Positions 39,671-54,600 of a DNA stretch of 64,000 nucleotides are shown here, piece after piece (the stretch's first letter is position 1; each line of letters opens with the position of its first letter). Under the pieces are notes generated by a model. That model had not been told where the DNA came from and did no database searches. It worked only from the letters and a program-made list of their open reading frames with translations. Both the position numbers and the translations under genes were made by a program. Source of the DNA: Selaginella moellendorffii (Eukaryota; Plantae; Lycopodiophyta); NCBI RefSeq assembly GCF_000143415.4, contig NW_003314362.1, positions 186,001 to 250,000 on the forward strand, in the 5' to 3' direction.

Positions 39671-42600
39671 GTTCCCACAGGAGGCAAAGCATATTATTGT
39701 ACGTTTTAATTGAAAAGCATTTAGCTCAATGAGCTCAACTCCTTAAAATGGACATTCCAACAATGGCCTAATCTTCATTATTGAGCTTAGTCCTGGGTTC
39801 ATTTTAAAAGATTGTAACCGAGCTTAGTCTTTGTACTGTGGGTTCCTTGTAAAAGATTGTAATTAGAAGCTCTATTAGCTAAAAGAGTGATGGAATCACA
39901 AGGAATCCAATCACGGTGGCATTCTTCAGGCCACTTTAGCACACGACAATGACATCCTCAATGTTAACAATCCACCTTGCGTGTACTAGTGCTCCACGAT
40001 CGGGCAAGCCTCTGCATAGGTTCATCATTTGGCGAGGAGCCCCACGTAGCTACATGTTATAACTTATGCTCTAGCATTCTTGAGGCCAGTTTCGTCCTAC
40101 TAGATGGTACATCCTGACAAAGAACTTTTCTGATTTCGGAAGTGAATGTGATCTAGTCGGGAGCCATTCCTTCCAAGACCATCTCCTGGTAGAGGATCAA
40201 ATTAAAGCGTGGAAGAAATTCCCAGTGAGAGCGTAGGCCTAGCAGTCCATGCGACAATGTTGTGGCATTTGATCGAACATTGCCCGTGCCATGTGTGTGT
40301 CGTTTTGAGTGTAGAACTCATGCTTTTCCATGGTATGTATGGTTCTTCTCGTGCTCATTTTGCTTATACTATTGTCCAGATTGCTTCATTCCTCATAGAT
40401 GTATTTTCCAAGATAAATGGAGGCCTGTAGTTCATCAACATCCAAGGCGTGGAGTGACCACAATGCAACTTGTGATGAGACGAGTTTGTGACCTTTGTAT
40501 TATGCCTTCTGCTCTTTGGAAACTTTTGAGACAGCTTGTTCTCAGCTGATTGAGTTTAAGCTCGGTCAAGGCTTTCACAAGATTGGACAATAGTGTGAAA
40601 GACAAATGCCAAAACCATGTGTTTAAGGACAAGCTTAACTAGCTAGTTGCACCAAGATCACCACCAATTCCATGAGGTGTGACTTGTTTATGTTGAATCT
40701 AGGATTTTCCTCGAGAGCTTCCCTGGTTTATTGGATGTCTGGTGCAACCCTGGAGTTTTTTTTGCAGGTGAGTAAGCTTTCACGGTTTCAGAGCAATATA
40801 TTATTGCCAAGAAAAGGCATCAAAAGTTGGAGCAGGATTTGAAAGGATCGAAACCTATGGACCTCCAAGCTTTGACAACCAAGTGAAGAATAGATGGGAC
40901 CAGGGTGCCTGGATCAAATCAAACTCGAGCTCAGCCAAGCCATCTTCCACGACAATACCTTAAACGGTTGTTGCTGGTTCTTGTTGCAGCATACTTACGC
41001 TTTGTTTCTCAAAAGTAGCCTTTGCATCAGCTGCTTGTCAAATTGAGACAAAGAGTCCACCCATTTTGTTTGCCATGGCCTCGCCAGAGCATGGAGTGAG
41101 TGAGAGTTTCATTCCATTGAGAAGAGAATGGTTTCTTTCTTGAGCTTGACTGCAGCAGATTTTTCTAGACATGCAAAACAACAGAAATCTTATAAAACCC
41201 ACCTTGCATATGTCTCATGAATAAGTTCGAACTTTTCAGGAGTATTGGTGGGCCTCAAGCTCCTCTTTGTTTATAAATTGTTTATAAATGTAAATGCTCT
41301 TGTGCAGGAAGCTTATGAATACTTCTTATGAAAAGCACCTCAACTCTTGTATCCATTTTCGTGGCTCGATTTTGGTAGCATCTGTAACGTTATGTGGCTG
41401 TAGAGTGGCTGTTGCCTGATGCATTCTTGAAACACTTTGCTCTCTTTAACAGAAGAAACAGTCTGTTGTAACACACAAAGCTTAGACATTTTTCCCAAAA
41501 GGAAAGAAATATACCTTGAGGTATAGTCTGAAGCCGTGTCCCACAACTTGACGCCCAAGGAAGTTAATCACCCATGTCGGAACAAGGTCGAGCTTAAGGT
41601 CCAGGTGTATTACTGCTCTGTAAAAGAAATAGTGACTATCTTAAGAAGAAAACAAAAAAAAAAAAAAAAACTAATAGTGTACCTTATGTAGCATTTCTCG
41701 TCGCTAATCTTCTGGAGGATGAATCCACCGTTGGCTTCCATGCGAATGACGCCCTCTTTTGGAGGAGGCAAATGAGAAGCATTAAACCCATGGATGGTCT
41801 CCTTGACGATAGTCTCTGCTTCCTGGGGGACCTGGCAAATCACCACCATTGGAGTGAATAAAATAACAAAAGAGGCACAGTGATTGATAGCTTAACTGTT
41901 CGCAAGCAGCCAACCACGGCATCCAATTCAGGTAGCTCCAGTTCGAAAGACGTGACCAGCATTTCTCTTGTCGCAAACGGCCATGGAACCTTGCACCTGG
42001 CAAGAGCTTGTAGAATTTAAACGCGGGACGGAGGAGCTGCTGCACTACCACCAGCGTTGTGGCTTTTGGATTGATCAGCAGGGCACAAGGGATGTACGTT
42101 GTAGTGAAAGCATTGCTTTCCCACAGTTCATCTTTCGCCCTTTTTGCTCTGAATACTCTTGTTGTGGACAGCCACCTTTTGGCCCCGAGTACTTTCCATG
42201 CATTGCCCCCTCTTCTTCACACAGGGTGTGACTTGAAATTTCATGGATTTTTTCTTGTTGCTGCTAGGAACAAGCATCAAACTTGGATAGAACACGACAA
42301 GAAAGCCCCTTGATGAAATCTCAAGCTCCCCAGGATTTGAAAGAACAGAGAAGTGCCTCCAGCCTTGTACTCTTAACTTTGCTGCTAATCAAGAGCGTGC
42401 CTGGATCAATTTAATCTTCAATGCTCAACCAAGCCATCTTTGGACATTCAGTCGTTGGATGCAGGGAAACCTTGTTTCTCAAAAGAAGAAAAGGTAGGTT
42501 ATCCCAGGGATTCAGTGGTGAAATCTTCATTCCATAATGGTTTCTTTCTTGGGCTTGACAACCGCAGAAAGGATGACAGCCTTATAAAACGTTCCCACGG

Positions 42601-45600
42601 GTTTAGAAAGGATGCTTAGCTTGCGCCGTTATGGTGAAGGTATGATATACGTTAAGAAGCAATTAGTGTCCGATTTGGACGGGAACCTGATGGCAAGGTC
42701 ACAGGTTCGAATCCACAGCCAGAGACCCAATCAAAACATTTTGCAACGCTTCTCCCTCCTTTGCATCTTGCAAGCTACTGTGATCAGAGCGAGCTCTTCT
42801 GCCTGCAGTCATCTCGGGATGAGAACTACTTGTCGTCCATAGCCCAAGACTACAGCATGTCCACGATCATGGAACACTTAAGATGCTTGGTGGATCTGCT
42901 GGGGAGATCTGGGAAGCTAGACGAGGCCAGTGTCGAGCCAAATTTCAGCGCTGGAGAATGAAAGAGTGGGGAAAAGTCCGATGCTAGTTGGACCTGTCCT
43001 CTGGGCTGGAGATCATGACTCACAGCCATTCGAAGGTTGCCAAAACTCTTGGGCATCGGTAAACCGATGTCCAGGGTCGTGTCCTGTCTCTGCTCCGCTA
43101 TAGCTGGCGTTCCAGCTTGCAGAGTGTGCCGCTCAGCGTTCGTGTTCTTCCTTGGCAGTCTGCAGCACTCTGTGCGATCGTAACGAGGCTGCATTGCGAG
43201 TCACGCGAGGCGCAAGTTCCTCCTCCAAATCTATTATCGTTCCCCAGGATCCTTTCTCTCTGGGCTAGATCGACCACTGTCTTTTTTGTCTCTCGAGCCT
43301 GCGGGAGGGAGAAACAAGGAAATTCCAATATCGCGGAGAAACTCCAACATCGCCTACACTTGAAAACCAGAGAACCACCAAGTGTTTTTAGGTGGTTCTC
43401 TGGCTGTGGATTCGAACCTGTGACCTTGCCAATAAATCTCTTTATTCTAGCCAGATATCCGGCCAACAGGTTCCCGTCCAAATTAAACATTAATAGCCTG
43501 TTAAAGTGTTTCGCTTGTTCTTGATTTTGAGTGAATGGCACGCGTGCTGATTTCTTGTTCCGTATCAATCACGTGGGCAAGGTCGCGCGAACGTTTCCAA
43601 GCCTCTCTTCTTGGTTCCAAGATTTTTTTTGGAGCAAAATTTGTTTCTCGGAACAAGAAAAGTTTCTGGAAAATGAGCAAGTTTGATTTGATCCAACCAC
43701 CCTCTTGAAGAGCAGAGTTGAGAGGCATCTGGAAATGTCAAGAGTGGAGGTTGGGGTATTTATTTGTTTCTCTCTTCTTTGCAAGATCAAATCCTCTGGC
43801 CATGTTCAAGACCATGAAATTAAATACTCACTCCCAGATTTGGTGCAACTGATTAGACTCAGAACCTAAGGATTGATGCACCAGTGATTCCGTTGTTATT
43901 CACTGCAGCCTGTGAGAGCCTTGATCGAGCGTCAGGTGAGAGCAAAGAAGAAGCATGACAAGCGGTGGAATGATGCAACACAATGATCTGCAAGGACCCA
44001 CGTCAAGCCACTGCGAGAAACTAGAGAGAAGAAAGGCTACGCTCTCGCTCAGCTCCACTCTTTCTTACATGAGATTGGCACAAGCGCGGCAGTCAAACGC
44101 TGCTCGAAAGTGTGGAGCAGCGTATCGTTATCCAGGTCGTCAGTAGTCCTCGGCCATTCGCTATTTTGACGAAGCATGTAGGAGGAGCTAGTGGTGGATT
44201 CAAACTTGGACACCCCCTCTAGCTGAAATGCAATGATACTTTCGTAGACAAGGCTGCATTGCGAGTCACGCGGGCTGCAAGTTTAAGCTCCTCTCCTCGT
44301 CCAAACCTGTTGGCGTTCAAGCGAGCAATGCTGAGACGCGTTCCAGCATGACTTTAAAGCAAAAGGAAGAGTCTGGGCTAGATCGACACACTGACCATGA
44401 TCATCGTGGCTGCTGCTGCTGCTCAAGCACTCCAGCGAATTCCATAAAGACCCACCGGCAAATTCTTGCGCGAGCGAAGTAAAATTTAATTGGGTCTCTG
44501 GCTGTGGGTTCGAACCTGTGACCTTGCCAATAATTGTTTTTATTCTAGCCAGATATCCGGCCAACAGGTTCCCGTCCAAATTATGCATTAATAGCTTGTT
44601 AACGTGTTTGTTACTTTCATGAATCGTTTCTTGAAATTCTGGGCATGGCGCTCAGCTGGCACGCGAATGTTTCCCATCAGTTTGATTTGATCCAGGCACC
44701 CCCCTCAAGAGCACCGGTGCGTTCTGCCCAAGAGATTCGAGTTGCAAGGCATCTGGAAATGTCAAGAGTGCTGAAGGTTGGGGGTAGTTGTTTCTCTCTT
44801 CTTCGCAAGATGAAACCCTCGGGGAGCTTAATTCATCAAGACACCACCCAAAAGCTTCCAGTCTGATGCTTGTTCCTATAGAAAAACCATGTTCAAAACC
44901 ATGAAACAAAACAGAACATCTTTGAGTTGGTGCAACTAACTTAGACTCAGAACCTAAAGCTTGTTGCATCAGTGATATCCACTGTAGTCTAGTCCCAGAG
45001 TACGTTGTGAGAGCCTTGATCGAGCATCAGGTGAGAGCAAACAATTCCTCAAGAGCTGCTTGCAGGTTTAGACTCTGCATAGCTGATGGCTGACAAGAGA
45101 AGAAGCATGGCAAGCGAGGCGATGATACAACACAAGGATCTGCGAGGTTTGAAGAAGTCCCTCAACTGCTCCTGGGTACGTTAAGCCACTGCGAGCGTGG
45201 TAAGGGACATGAAAACGTGACTCCACTAGCCTAGTCACACCCACAAGCTTACGCGAAGCACTGCACTCGACACATCGCTTGGCGAAAATCGAAAGGTGGC
45301 AAAGATGAGGAATGAAGCTCAAGACAGTCTCTTGTGCGTTCTTGAGCGATCTGGACAAGAGTATATACATACCGCTTTAAATCACAAAAGCAATGCTTGT
45401 GATGCTTGCTTTGCGAGGTATTGTTTGAAGGCTTGTCTTGGTTTGAGCCAGACCGGATCATCCAGCCAAGTGCAGCAGACAAGCGCTGCTCGGGTGAGGA
45501 ACTTCCTTGTTGGAATGCGAGCGAAAGTGCGGAGCAGCGTATCGTTATCCAGGTCGCCCAATGGTGGCAGCGTCACCTCTGCTATCGCTGCCCTTGCGCC

Positions 45601-48600
45601 ATTTGCTATTTGGACGAAGCTTACATGTAGTTAACGAATGGTTCCATCGCATTGTTCTTGACGACGAGGAGGAGACGCTGCTCTGATCGTCATAGATTCC
45701 TCGCGAATTTCGTCATGGAAATGTATGGAAAGTGCGGGCGCGCCGCGGATGCCTTGGGTGTCCTCCACAAAATGGAAGATGGAAATGTTTTCTTCTGGAA
45801 CGCATTTGCCCACAGCAGGCAAATGCCAGAAGTTCTGGTGCTCTTTCGGCAAATGCTCGCCGATATCGAATTCTTGCAGCTATCAAAGGCGATGTGGCGG
45901 AGATCCAGGTGAGAAACACATGGTGAGAAACACCAGGAACCTCGACTTAAGTTGGCAGAAGGCCCGCTCCAGGCCTGGTTGAAAGACTACTGCTGGAGGG
46001 TAAATCAACCACGGCCTTTGGAGGAGGCCATACCCCTGCTGTCTGATCTCCTCGCAATCCTGGAGCTGAGACAATAACACCGTCACCATCTTTGGCTTGT
46101 CGTTGTAGTAATTGGAGCTTGGGGCGGCGATTGGGATGTGGCGCCGATCAGGCTGGGATGCCAGTCTCGAGCTCACAGGGCAATGCCCTGGTTCCACCCG
46201 ATGCAAGGGTCTGTCCAGTTCTTGGGAGAAGAAGATCTCGGCGATGGCATGCTTGCCAACGGAGCACCGTAACGCGGTGATGATTAGCGCATGGATCTCC
46301 CCTGGATCGGCATTGATAGCTGCCAAGAGAAATAACTGGATGCTCGAAAAAGAGTAACAAGGGCAAATGCCGCGATCGCAATCTTCCACGAGAAAGAACC
46401 TCGATCTTTCATCTTCTGGAAGATTTCCAGCGCCCGCACTTTCCATACCTTTCTATGACCAGATTAGCAAGGAACCTCGAGGCCGCTGGAGACGATTTTC
46501 CTCGTGGATGCGCCTTCCCCCTCCCAGATCTGTGCTCACCGCATTCTCGCCCAGGCGCCCACCGCTGGAGATCGCTCCTCCTTCCTGCAAATCTTCGCTG
46601 GATGGCACCTCCTCGTCAAGGCTCAAGAACGATGCCATGGAAAACCACCGCCATTGCCATTATACGCTACTGCTGCACATTTTCGATCCAGGGGGCTCTT
46701 TACCCGGGCGGTGTGCTGCTGCCGGGCGTGTTCTATGAGTCGAGCAGCATGGTCTTTCTTCTCAGTCTCAGACATCTTCAAACTAGGCTCACAAGCACAA
46801 GCACTGCTTTTCCGCGGTATGTATGGTTCTTCTCGTGCTCATTTTGTTTATACTCTTGTCCAGTCCAGATCGCTTCATTCCTCATCTTCGCCACCCTTTG
46901 GCCTCGAGCATTTTCCAAGATAAAATGGAGGCCTGTAGTTCATCAACATCCAAGGCGTGGAGTGACCACAGCGCAACTTGTGATGAGATGAGTTGGTGAC
47001 CTGGTATACGTTTTTTGTGTTACGCCATCTGCTCTTTGGAAAATTTTGAGAAAGCTTGCTCTGAGCTGATTGAGTTTGAGCTTGGTCAAGGCTCTCACAG
47101 GTTTATTGGATCTCTGGTGCAACCCTGGAGTTTTGTTTGCGGGTGAGTAAGCTTTCACGGTTTCAGAGCAATATATTATATTATTGCCAAGAGAAGGCAT
47201 CAAAACTTGGAGCTCCAGAGTCTCACGCCCCGAGGATTTGAAAGGATCCAAACCTATGGACCTCCAGCTTGGACAACCAAGTGAAGAATAGATTCCCGGG
47301 ACCATGGTGCCTGGATCAAATCAAACTCGAGCTCAGACAAGCCATCTTCCAGAACAATATCTTAAACGGATGTTGCTGGTTCTTGTTGCAGCATACTTAT
47401 ACTTTGTTTCTCAAAAGTAGCTTCTGCATCAGCTGCTTGCTCAGATTGAGATGCAGAGTCCATCCAACCCGTTTTGTTTGCCATGGCCTCGCCAGAGCAT
47501 GGAGAAAGTGAGAGTTTCATTCCATCGAGAAGAGAATGGTTTCTTTCTTGAGCTTGACAGCAGCAACGCGCTGCGCGCCATGTGCCCACAAAACGAAAAT
47601 CTCTTGCGCCGCTGTTTACATGATGGTATACGTTAAGAAGCAATTAGTGTACACTTTGGACGGGAACCTGATGGCCGGATATCTGGCTAGAATAAAAAAA
47701 TATATTGGCAAGGTCACAGGTTCGAACCCACAGCCAGAGACCCAATCAAATTTTTTTGTATGAACGAGGGATTTCTCTTCTCCGCAAAGTCGCTCTCGGC
47801 AGCGTTGCTGGAGCTAAATCTTCTCTCGTGCCGATCCCCCCGAATGATCCACGGTTCAGGCTCTTGGATCGCGCGATATTCCCTTTCGCTGGCAAATGCG
47901 AGCAGCAAGAACAGGGCATTCGATCGATGCGGCGTCAATCTTGTTCGATTATCGTCTCCTGGAACGCGATGGTCACCGCGTATGTGGCGGCATCCCGCAT
48001 CCGAGAGTGAGAGTCTATGTTTGATTGCGTCTCAGAGCGCCATGGAACTCGATGATAATGGCGCTCGCGCAGCAGGGGCAAATTGTGGCAGCGAAATCGA
48101 GCTTGGCCGGGCAAGGATCTGGTGTCCTGGACGAATCTACTGCCCAGAATGACAGGACGTTCCATGGGTTCCCCTTCCAGCAGTGAATAGCAGAGGGGGG
48201 ATTTGGCCACCTCCAAAGAAATGTTTGATTTCATGCCGGATGAAGACGGTATTGATTCGGCCAGTAGCTGCTCTCCAGGATCCGCGCGTGGATCCTCTGG
48301 CCTCGCAGCCCCTGGATGTCGTCCACGTGGACAATCAGATGGATTCCAAATCTTGTTTTTCAAATAAGAGGTGCTGAAATAATATTTTGTTATCTCCCAG
48401 TGTTCATGGCTTTGTGGTTATAGCATGCACGCTGTAATGTTCTATTGTGAAGGGTTGCTGGGTTCGATTCCCATCCGCCTCGACTTTCAATTAAGAATAG
48501 TACGGTGTTAGGGTCGCCCCCTAAACATGAACACTATTTTATTATTTTATTATTAAATTAACTGAACTTTTAAACGCAGTTTATATTAGTGGTAACTACA

Positions 48601-51600
48601 AACAAATAAAAGGTTAAGAGTGATACATCACAGCCGTTGGATTAAAGGATATCTTAGAATATACCATCCAAACCGTTAGATTTTAGTGCAGCTACGGTTT
48701 CGCGAGGTGAGAGAGACTCGGGTATTCGTCTTCCTCTGTGCAGCGGAAAGCTGCCATCTCTCGATGTTTGGGTGGCTTGAATCCCTCGGAGCTCTCCATC
48801 CGGTTGCACCCAGACAAAGGCAACGTTTTCCATCCCCTCTCTCTCAACTACACAACGGGCCTGTCGTGCCGGACTTGGGACGAGCTGGTCCAGGAGCTCA
48901 GCTGCATCTATTCTGACGCAATTGCTTCGCTCCCTGACACATTCCTTCCGGACGCCAAGACGCGGCAAAATGCGGCGATCATCCAAGGCATCCAGCCGCC
49001 CAAGGACGAAAGGGAGCCGGCTTGGATGTCGAAAACCGAAAACCGAAAGATTCCAAGGATTCAAATGAAGAAACCTCGATACCCAAAGAGCCTCACCATG
49101 GATTTTAGACGATTCCTGGTGCCGGATAGCCACACACAAAAAAAATTCAAAAAATGGATGGATTTAACAGCAAATGAAATCAATCAAGATGTGGACGTTA
49201 GATCTTGCTTCACCTGATATATAAAAGCGACTATGTTCAGGAAGTGAAATCTCCCATTACCAAGACAAAATATGTAGATCCTATTTTAAAAGCTTCGAAG
49301 TGATTGCTGTATTGATGCTATTCGTGATGGATAAAGTAGTATCCTAAGAATTGCAACGACTTCCATCATTAGGACCATCCAAGGCGTCGTTGCCCTCACA
49401 AAGAACAGCTTCGGTCAAATCCCGGAGAAGAATCCAGTACCGTGGATCCTCGCATGTTCACGAGATCCTGCGCAAGACCATTGTCTGCTGGATAGCTCTC
49501 ACGCAAGTTTCAACTTGAGCGCCGCCAGGAGCATGTTTGAGAGCATGAAGATGCGCACCTTGGTTTCCTGGACCACCAACGCTCAAAACGCTTGAAGGAC
49601 AAAATCAGGAGTCAGAACCATACTCAGGTGCTTCAATCCCTTTCGAAAGCTCCACAGTCAGACCGTTTGCTTCTACATCCCAAAGAAACCAGGGGATACC
49701 TCCAAACCATTCAAACGCCATTTCAGCAGCATTCACTCTCTGCGTTATCTCTTTGGCTTCTTCCGATCCACTCTCGTAGTCTGTCACGCGTTTCCTCCAA
49801 GAAGACACAAGAGCATCGTACTCGTGCTTTTCCCACGCAGGCAGATAGCGAGTGAACGTTGTCCGCTTGGCTTTTCTGACATTGAACTCATCTGGTGATG
49901 AAGCAGCAACAAGGGTTTTTATTTCCAACCATCCGCCCCAAGTCCACTCACAGATCGATGAGATGGTATCTATTTTGCTGTCCAGCACAATCTCCTGAGG
50001 GAAGTCTTCTCTATTCACCACCCTGAGCTTTGTTACCCTTGAACATCAAAACAGTCGCTCTGGACTCGTAGATCATGACCGGAAGTGCCAGACGAATGCA
50101 GGCTTACCAACCCCCGAATTTCCATTCAAATGGCAGCACAACATCCACATGAACGGCACCAGGATCTTCCTGATCTCTTTGTACAACCCATCGAATATCT
50201 CCTTCACGTACAGCTTCAGAATATTGCTGTGGAATGTGGTCAGACGAGCACCTTGAGCAAGAAATTTCATCCGTTCCAGATGGAACATTGATCCACCATG
50301 CCTGCTGAGATCTCCTAACATAGACTGCATGTTCCCACAGGAGGCAAAGCATATTATTGTACGTTTTAATTGAAAAGCATTTAGCTCAATGAGCTCAACT
50401 CCTTAAAATGGACATTCCAACAATGGCCTAATCTTCATTATTGAGCTTAGTCCTGGGTTCATTTTAAAAGATTGTAACCGAGCTTAGTCTTTGTACTGTG
50501 GGTTCCTTGTAAAAGATTGTAATTAGAAGCTCTATTAGCTAAAAGAGTGATGGAATCACAAGGAATCCAATCACTGTGGCGTTCTTCAGGCCACTTTAGC
50601 ACACGACAATGACATCCTCAATGTTAACAATCCACCTTGCGTGTACTAGTGCTCCACGATCGGGCAAGCCTCTGCATAGGTTCATCATTTACGTAGCTAC
50701 ATGTTATAACTTATGCTCTAGCATTCTTGAGGCCAGTTTCGTCCTACTAGATGGTACATCCTGACAAAGAACTTTTCTGATTTCGGAAGTGAATGTGATC
50801 TAGTCGGGAGCCATTCCTTCCAAGACCATCTCCTGGTAGAGGATCAAATTAAAGCGTGGAAGAAATTCCCAGTGAGAGCGTAGGCCTAGCAGTCCATGCG
50901 ACAATGTTGTGGCACTCGGGCATTTGATCGAACATTGCCCGTGCCATGTGTGTGTCGTTTTGAGTGTAGAACTCATGCTTTTCCACGGTATGTATGGTTC
51001 TTCTCGTGCTCATTTTGCTTATACTATTGTCCAGATTGCTTCATTCCTCATAGATGTATTTTCCAAGATAAATGGAGGCCTGTAGTTCATCAACATCCAA
51101 GGCGTGGAGTGACCACAATGCAACTTGTGATGAGACGAGTTTGTGACCTTTGTATTATGCCTTCTACTCTTTGGAAACTTTTGAGACAGCTTGTTCTCAG
51201 CTGATTGAGTTTAAGCTCGGTCAAGGCTTTCACAAGATTGGACAATAGTGTGAAAGACAAATGCCAAAACCATGTGTTTGAGGACAAGCTTAACTAGCTA
51301 GTTGCACCAAGATCACCACCAATTCCATGAGGTGTGACTTGTTTATGTTGAATCTAGGATTTTCCTCGAGAGCTTCTCTGGTTTATTGGATGTCTGGTGC
51401 AACCCTAGAGTTTTTTTTGCAGGTGAGTAAGCTTTCACGGTTTCAGAGCAATATATTATTGCCAAGAAAAGGCATCAAAAGTTGGAGCAGGATTTGAAAG
51501 GATCGAAACCTATGGACCTCCAAGCTTTGACAACCAAGTGAAGAATAGATGGGACCAGGGTGCCTGGATCAAATCAAACTCGAGCTCAGCCAAGCCATCT

Positions 51601-54600
51601 TCCACGACAATACCTTAAACGGCTGTTGCTGGTTCTTGTTGCAGCATACTTACGCTTTGTTTCTCAAAAGTAGCCTTTGCATCAGCTGCTTGTCAGCTTG
51701 AGACGAAGAGTCCGCCCATTTTGTTTGCCATGGCCTCGCCAGAGCATGGAGCAAGTGAGAGTTTCATTCCATCGAGAAGAGAATGGTTTCTTTCTTGAGC
51801 TTGACTGCAGCAGATTTCTCTAGACATGCAAAACAACAGAAATCTTATAAACCCACCTTGCATATGTCTCATGAATAAGTTCGGACTTTTCAGGAGTATC
51901 GGTGGGCCTCAAGCTCCTCTTTGTTTATAAATTGTTTATAAATGTAAATGCTCTTGTGCAGGAAGCTTATGAATACTTCTTATGAAAAGCACCTCAACTC
52001 TTGTATCCATTTTCGTGGCTCGATTTTGGTAGCATCTGTAACGTTATGTGGCTGTAGAGTGGCTGTTGCCTGATGCATTCTTGAAACACTTTGCTCTCTT
52101 TAACAGAAGAAACAGTCTGTTGTAACACACAAAGCTTAGACATTTTTCCCAAAAGGAAAGAAATATACCTTGAGGTATAGTCTGAAGCCGTGTCCCACAA
52201 CTTGACGCCCAAGGAAGTTAATCACCCATGTCGGAACAAGGTCGAGCTTAAGGTCCAGGTGTATTACTGCTCTGTAAAAGAAATAGTGACTATCTTAAGA
52301 AGAAAACAAAAAAAAAAAAAAAAACTAATAGTGTACCTTATGTAGCATTTCTCGTCGCTAATCTTCTGGAGGATGAATCCACCGTTGGCTTCCATGCGAA
52401 TGACGCCCTCTTTTGGAGGAGGCAAATGAGAAGCATTAAAACCATGGATGGTCTCCTTGACGATAGTCTCTGCTTCCTGGGGGACCTGGCAAATCACCAC
52501 CATTGGAGTGAATAAAATAACAAAAGAGGCACAGTGATTGATAGCTTAACTGTTCGCAAGCAGCCAACCACGGCATCCAATTCAGGTAGCTCCAGTTCGA
52601 AAGACGTGACCAGCATTTCTCTTGTCGCAAACGGCCATGGAACCTTGCACCTGGCAAGAGCTTGTAGAATTTAAACGTGGGACGGAGGAGCTGCTGCACT
52701 ACCACCAGCGTTGGCTTTTGGATTGATCAGCAGGGCACAAGGGATATACGTTGCAGTGAAAGCATTGCTTTCCCACAGTTCATCTTTCGCCCTTTTTGCT
52801 CTAAATACTCTTGTTGTGGACAGTCACCTTTTCCCCGAGTACTTTCCATGCATTGCCCCCTCTTCTTCACACAGGGTGTGACTTGAAATTTCATGGATTT
52901 TTTCCTGTTGCTGCTAGGAACAAGCATCAAACTTGGATAGAACACGACAAGAAAGCCCCTTGATGAAATCTCAAGCTCCCCAGGATTTGAAAGAACAGAG
53001 AAGTACCTCCAGCCTTGTACTCTTAACTTTGCTGCTAATCAAGAGCGTGCCTGGATCAATTTAATCTTCAATGCTCAACCAAGCCATCTTCGGACATTCA
53101 GTCGTTGGATGCAGGGAAACCTTGTTTCTCAAAAGAAGAAAAGGTAGGTTATCCCAGGGATTCAGTGGTGAAATCTTCATTCCATAATGGTTTCTTTCTT
53201 GAGCTTGACAACCGCAGAAAGGATGACAGCCTTATAAAACGTTCCCACGGGTTTAGAAAGGATGCTTAGCTTGCGCCGTTATGGTGAAGGTATGATATAC
53301 GTTAAGAAGCAATTAGTGTCCGATTTGGACGGGAACCTGATGGCAAGGTCACAGGTTCGAATCCACAGCCAGAGACCCAATCAAAACATTTTGCAACGCT
53401 TCTCCCTCCTTTGCATCTTGCAAGCTACTGTGATCAGAGCGAGCTCTTCTGCCTGCAGTCATCTCGGGATGAGAACTACTTGTCGTCCATAGCCCAAGAC
53501 TACAGCATGTCCACGATCATGGAACACTTAAGATGCTTGGTGGATCTGCTGGGGAGATCTGGGAAGCTAGACGAGGCCAGTGTCGAGCCAAATTTCAGCG
53601 CTGGAGAATGAAAGAGTGGGGAAAAGTCCGATGCTAGTTGGACCTGTCCTCTGGGCTGGAGATCATGACTCACAGCCATTCGAAGGTTGCCAAAACTCTT
53701 GGGCATCGGTAAACCGATGTCCAGGGTCGTGTCCTGTCTCTGCTCCGCTATAGCTGGCGTTCCAGCTTGCAGAGTGTGCCGCTCAGCATTCGTGTTCTTC
53801 CTTGGCAGTCTGCAGCACTCTGTGCGATCGTAACGAGGCTGCATTGCGAGTCACGCGAGGCGCAAGTTCCTCCTCCAAATCTATTATCGTTCCCCAGGAT
53901 CCTTTCTCTCTGGGCTAGATCGACCACTGTCTTTTTTGTCTCTCGAGCCTGCGGGAGGGAGAAACAAGGAAATTCCAATATCGCGGAGAAACTCCAACAT
54001 CGCCTACACTTGAAAACCAGAGAACCACCAAGTGTTTTTAGGTGGTTCTCTGGCTGTGGATTCGAACCTGTGACCTTGCCAATAAATCTCTTTATTCTAG
54101 CCAGATATCCGGCCAACAGGTTCCCGTCCAAATTAAACATTAATAGCCTGTTAAAGTGTTTCGCTTGTTCTTGATTTTGAGTGAATGGCACGCGTGCTGA
54201 TTTCTTGTTCCGTATCAATCACGTGGGCAAGGTCGCGCGAACGTTTCCAAGCCTCTCTTCTTGGTTCCAAGATTTTTTTTGGAGCAAAATTTGTTTCTCG
54301 GAACAAGAAAAGTTTCTGGAAAATGAGCAAGTTTGATTTGATCCAACCACCCTCTTGAAGAGCAGAGTTGAGAGGCATCTGGAAATGTCAAGAGTGGAGG
54401 TTGGGGTATTTATTTGTTTCTCTCTTCTTTGCAAGATCAAATCCTCTGGCCATGTTCAAGACCATGAAATTAAATACTCACTCCCAGATTTGGTGCAACT
54501 GATTAGACTCAGAACCTAAGGATTGATGCACCAGTGATTCCGTTGTTATTCACTGCAGCCTGTGAGAGCCTTGATCGAGCGTCAGGTGAGAGCAAAGAAG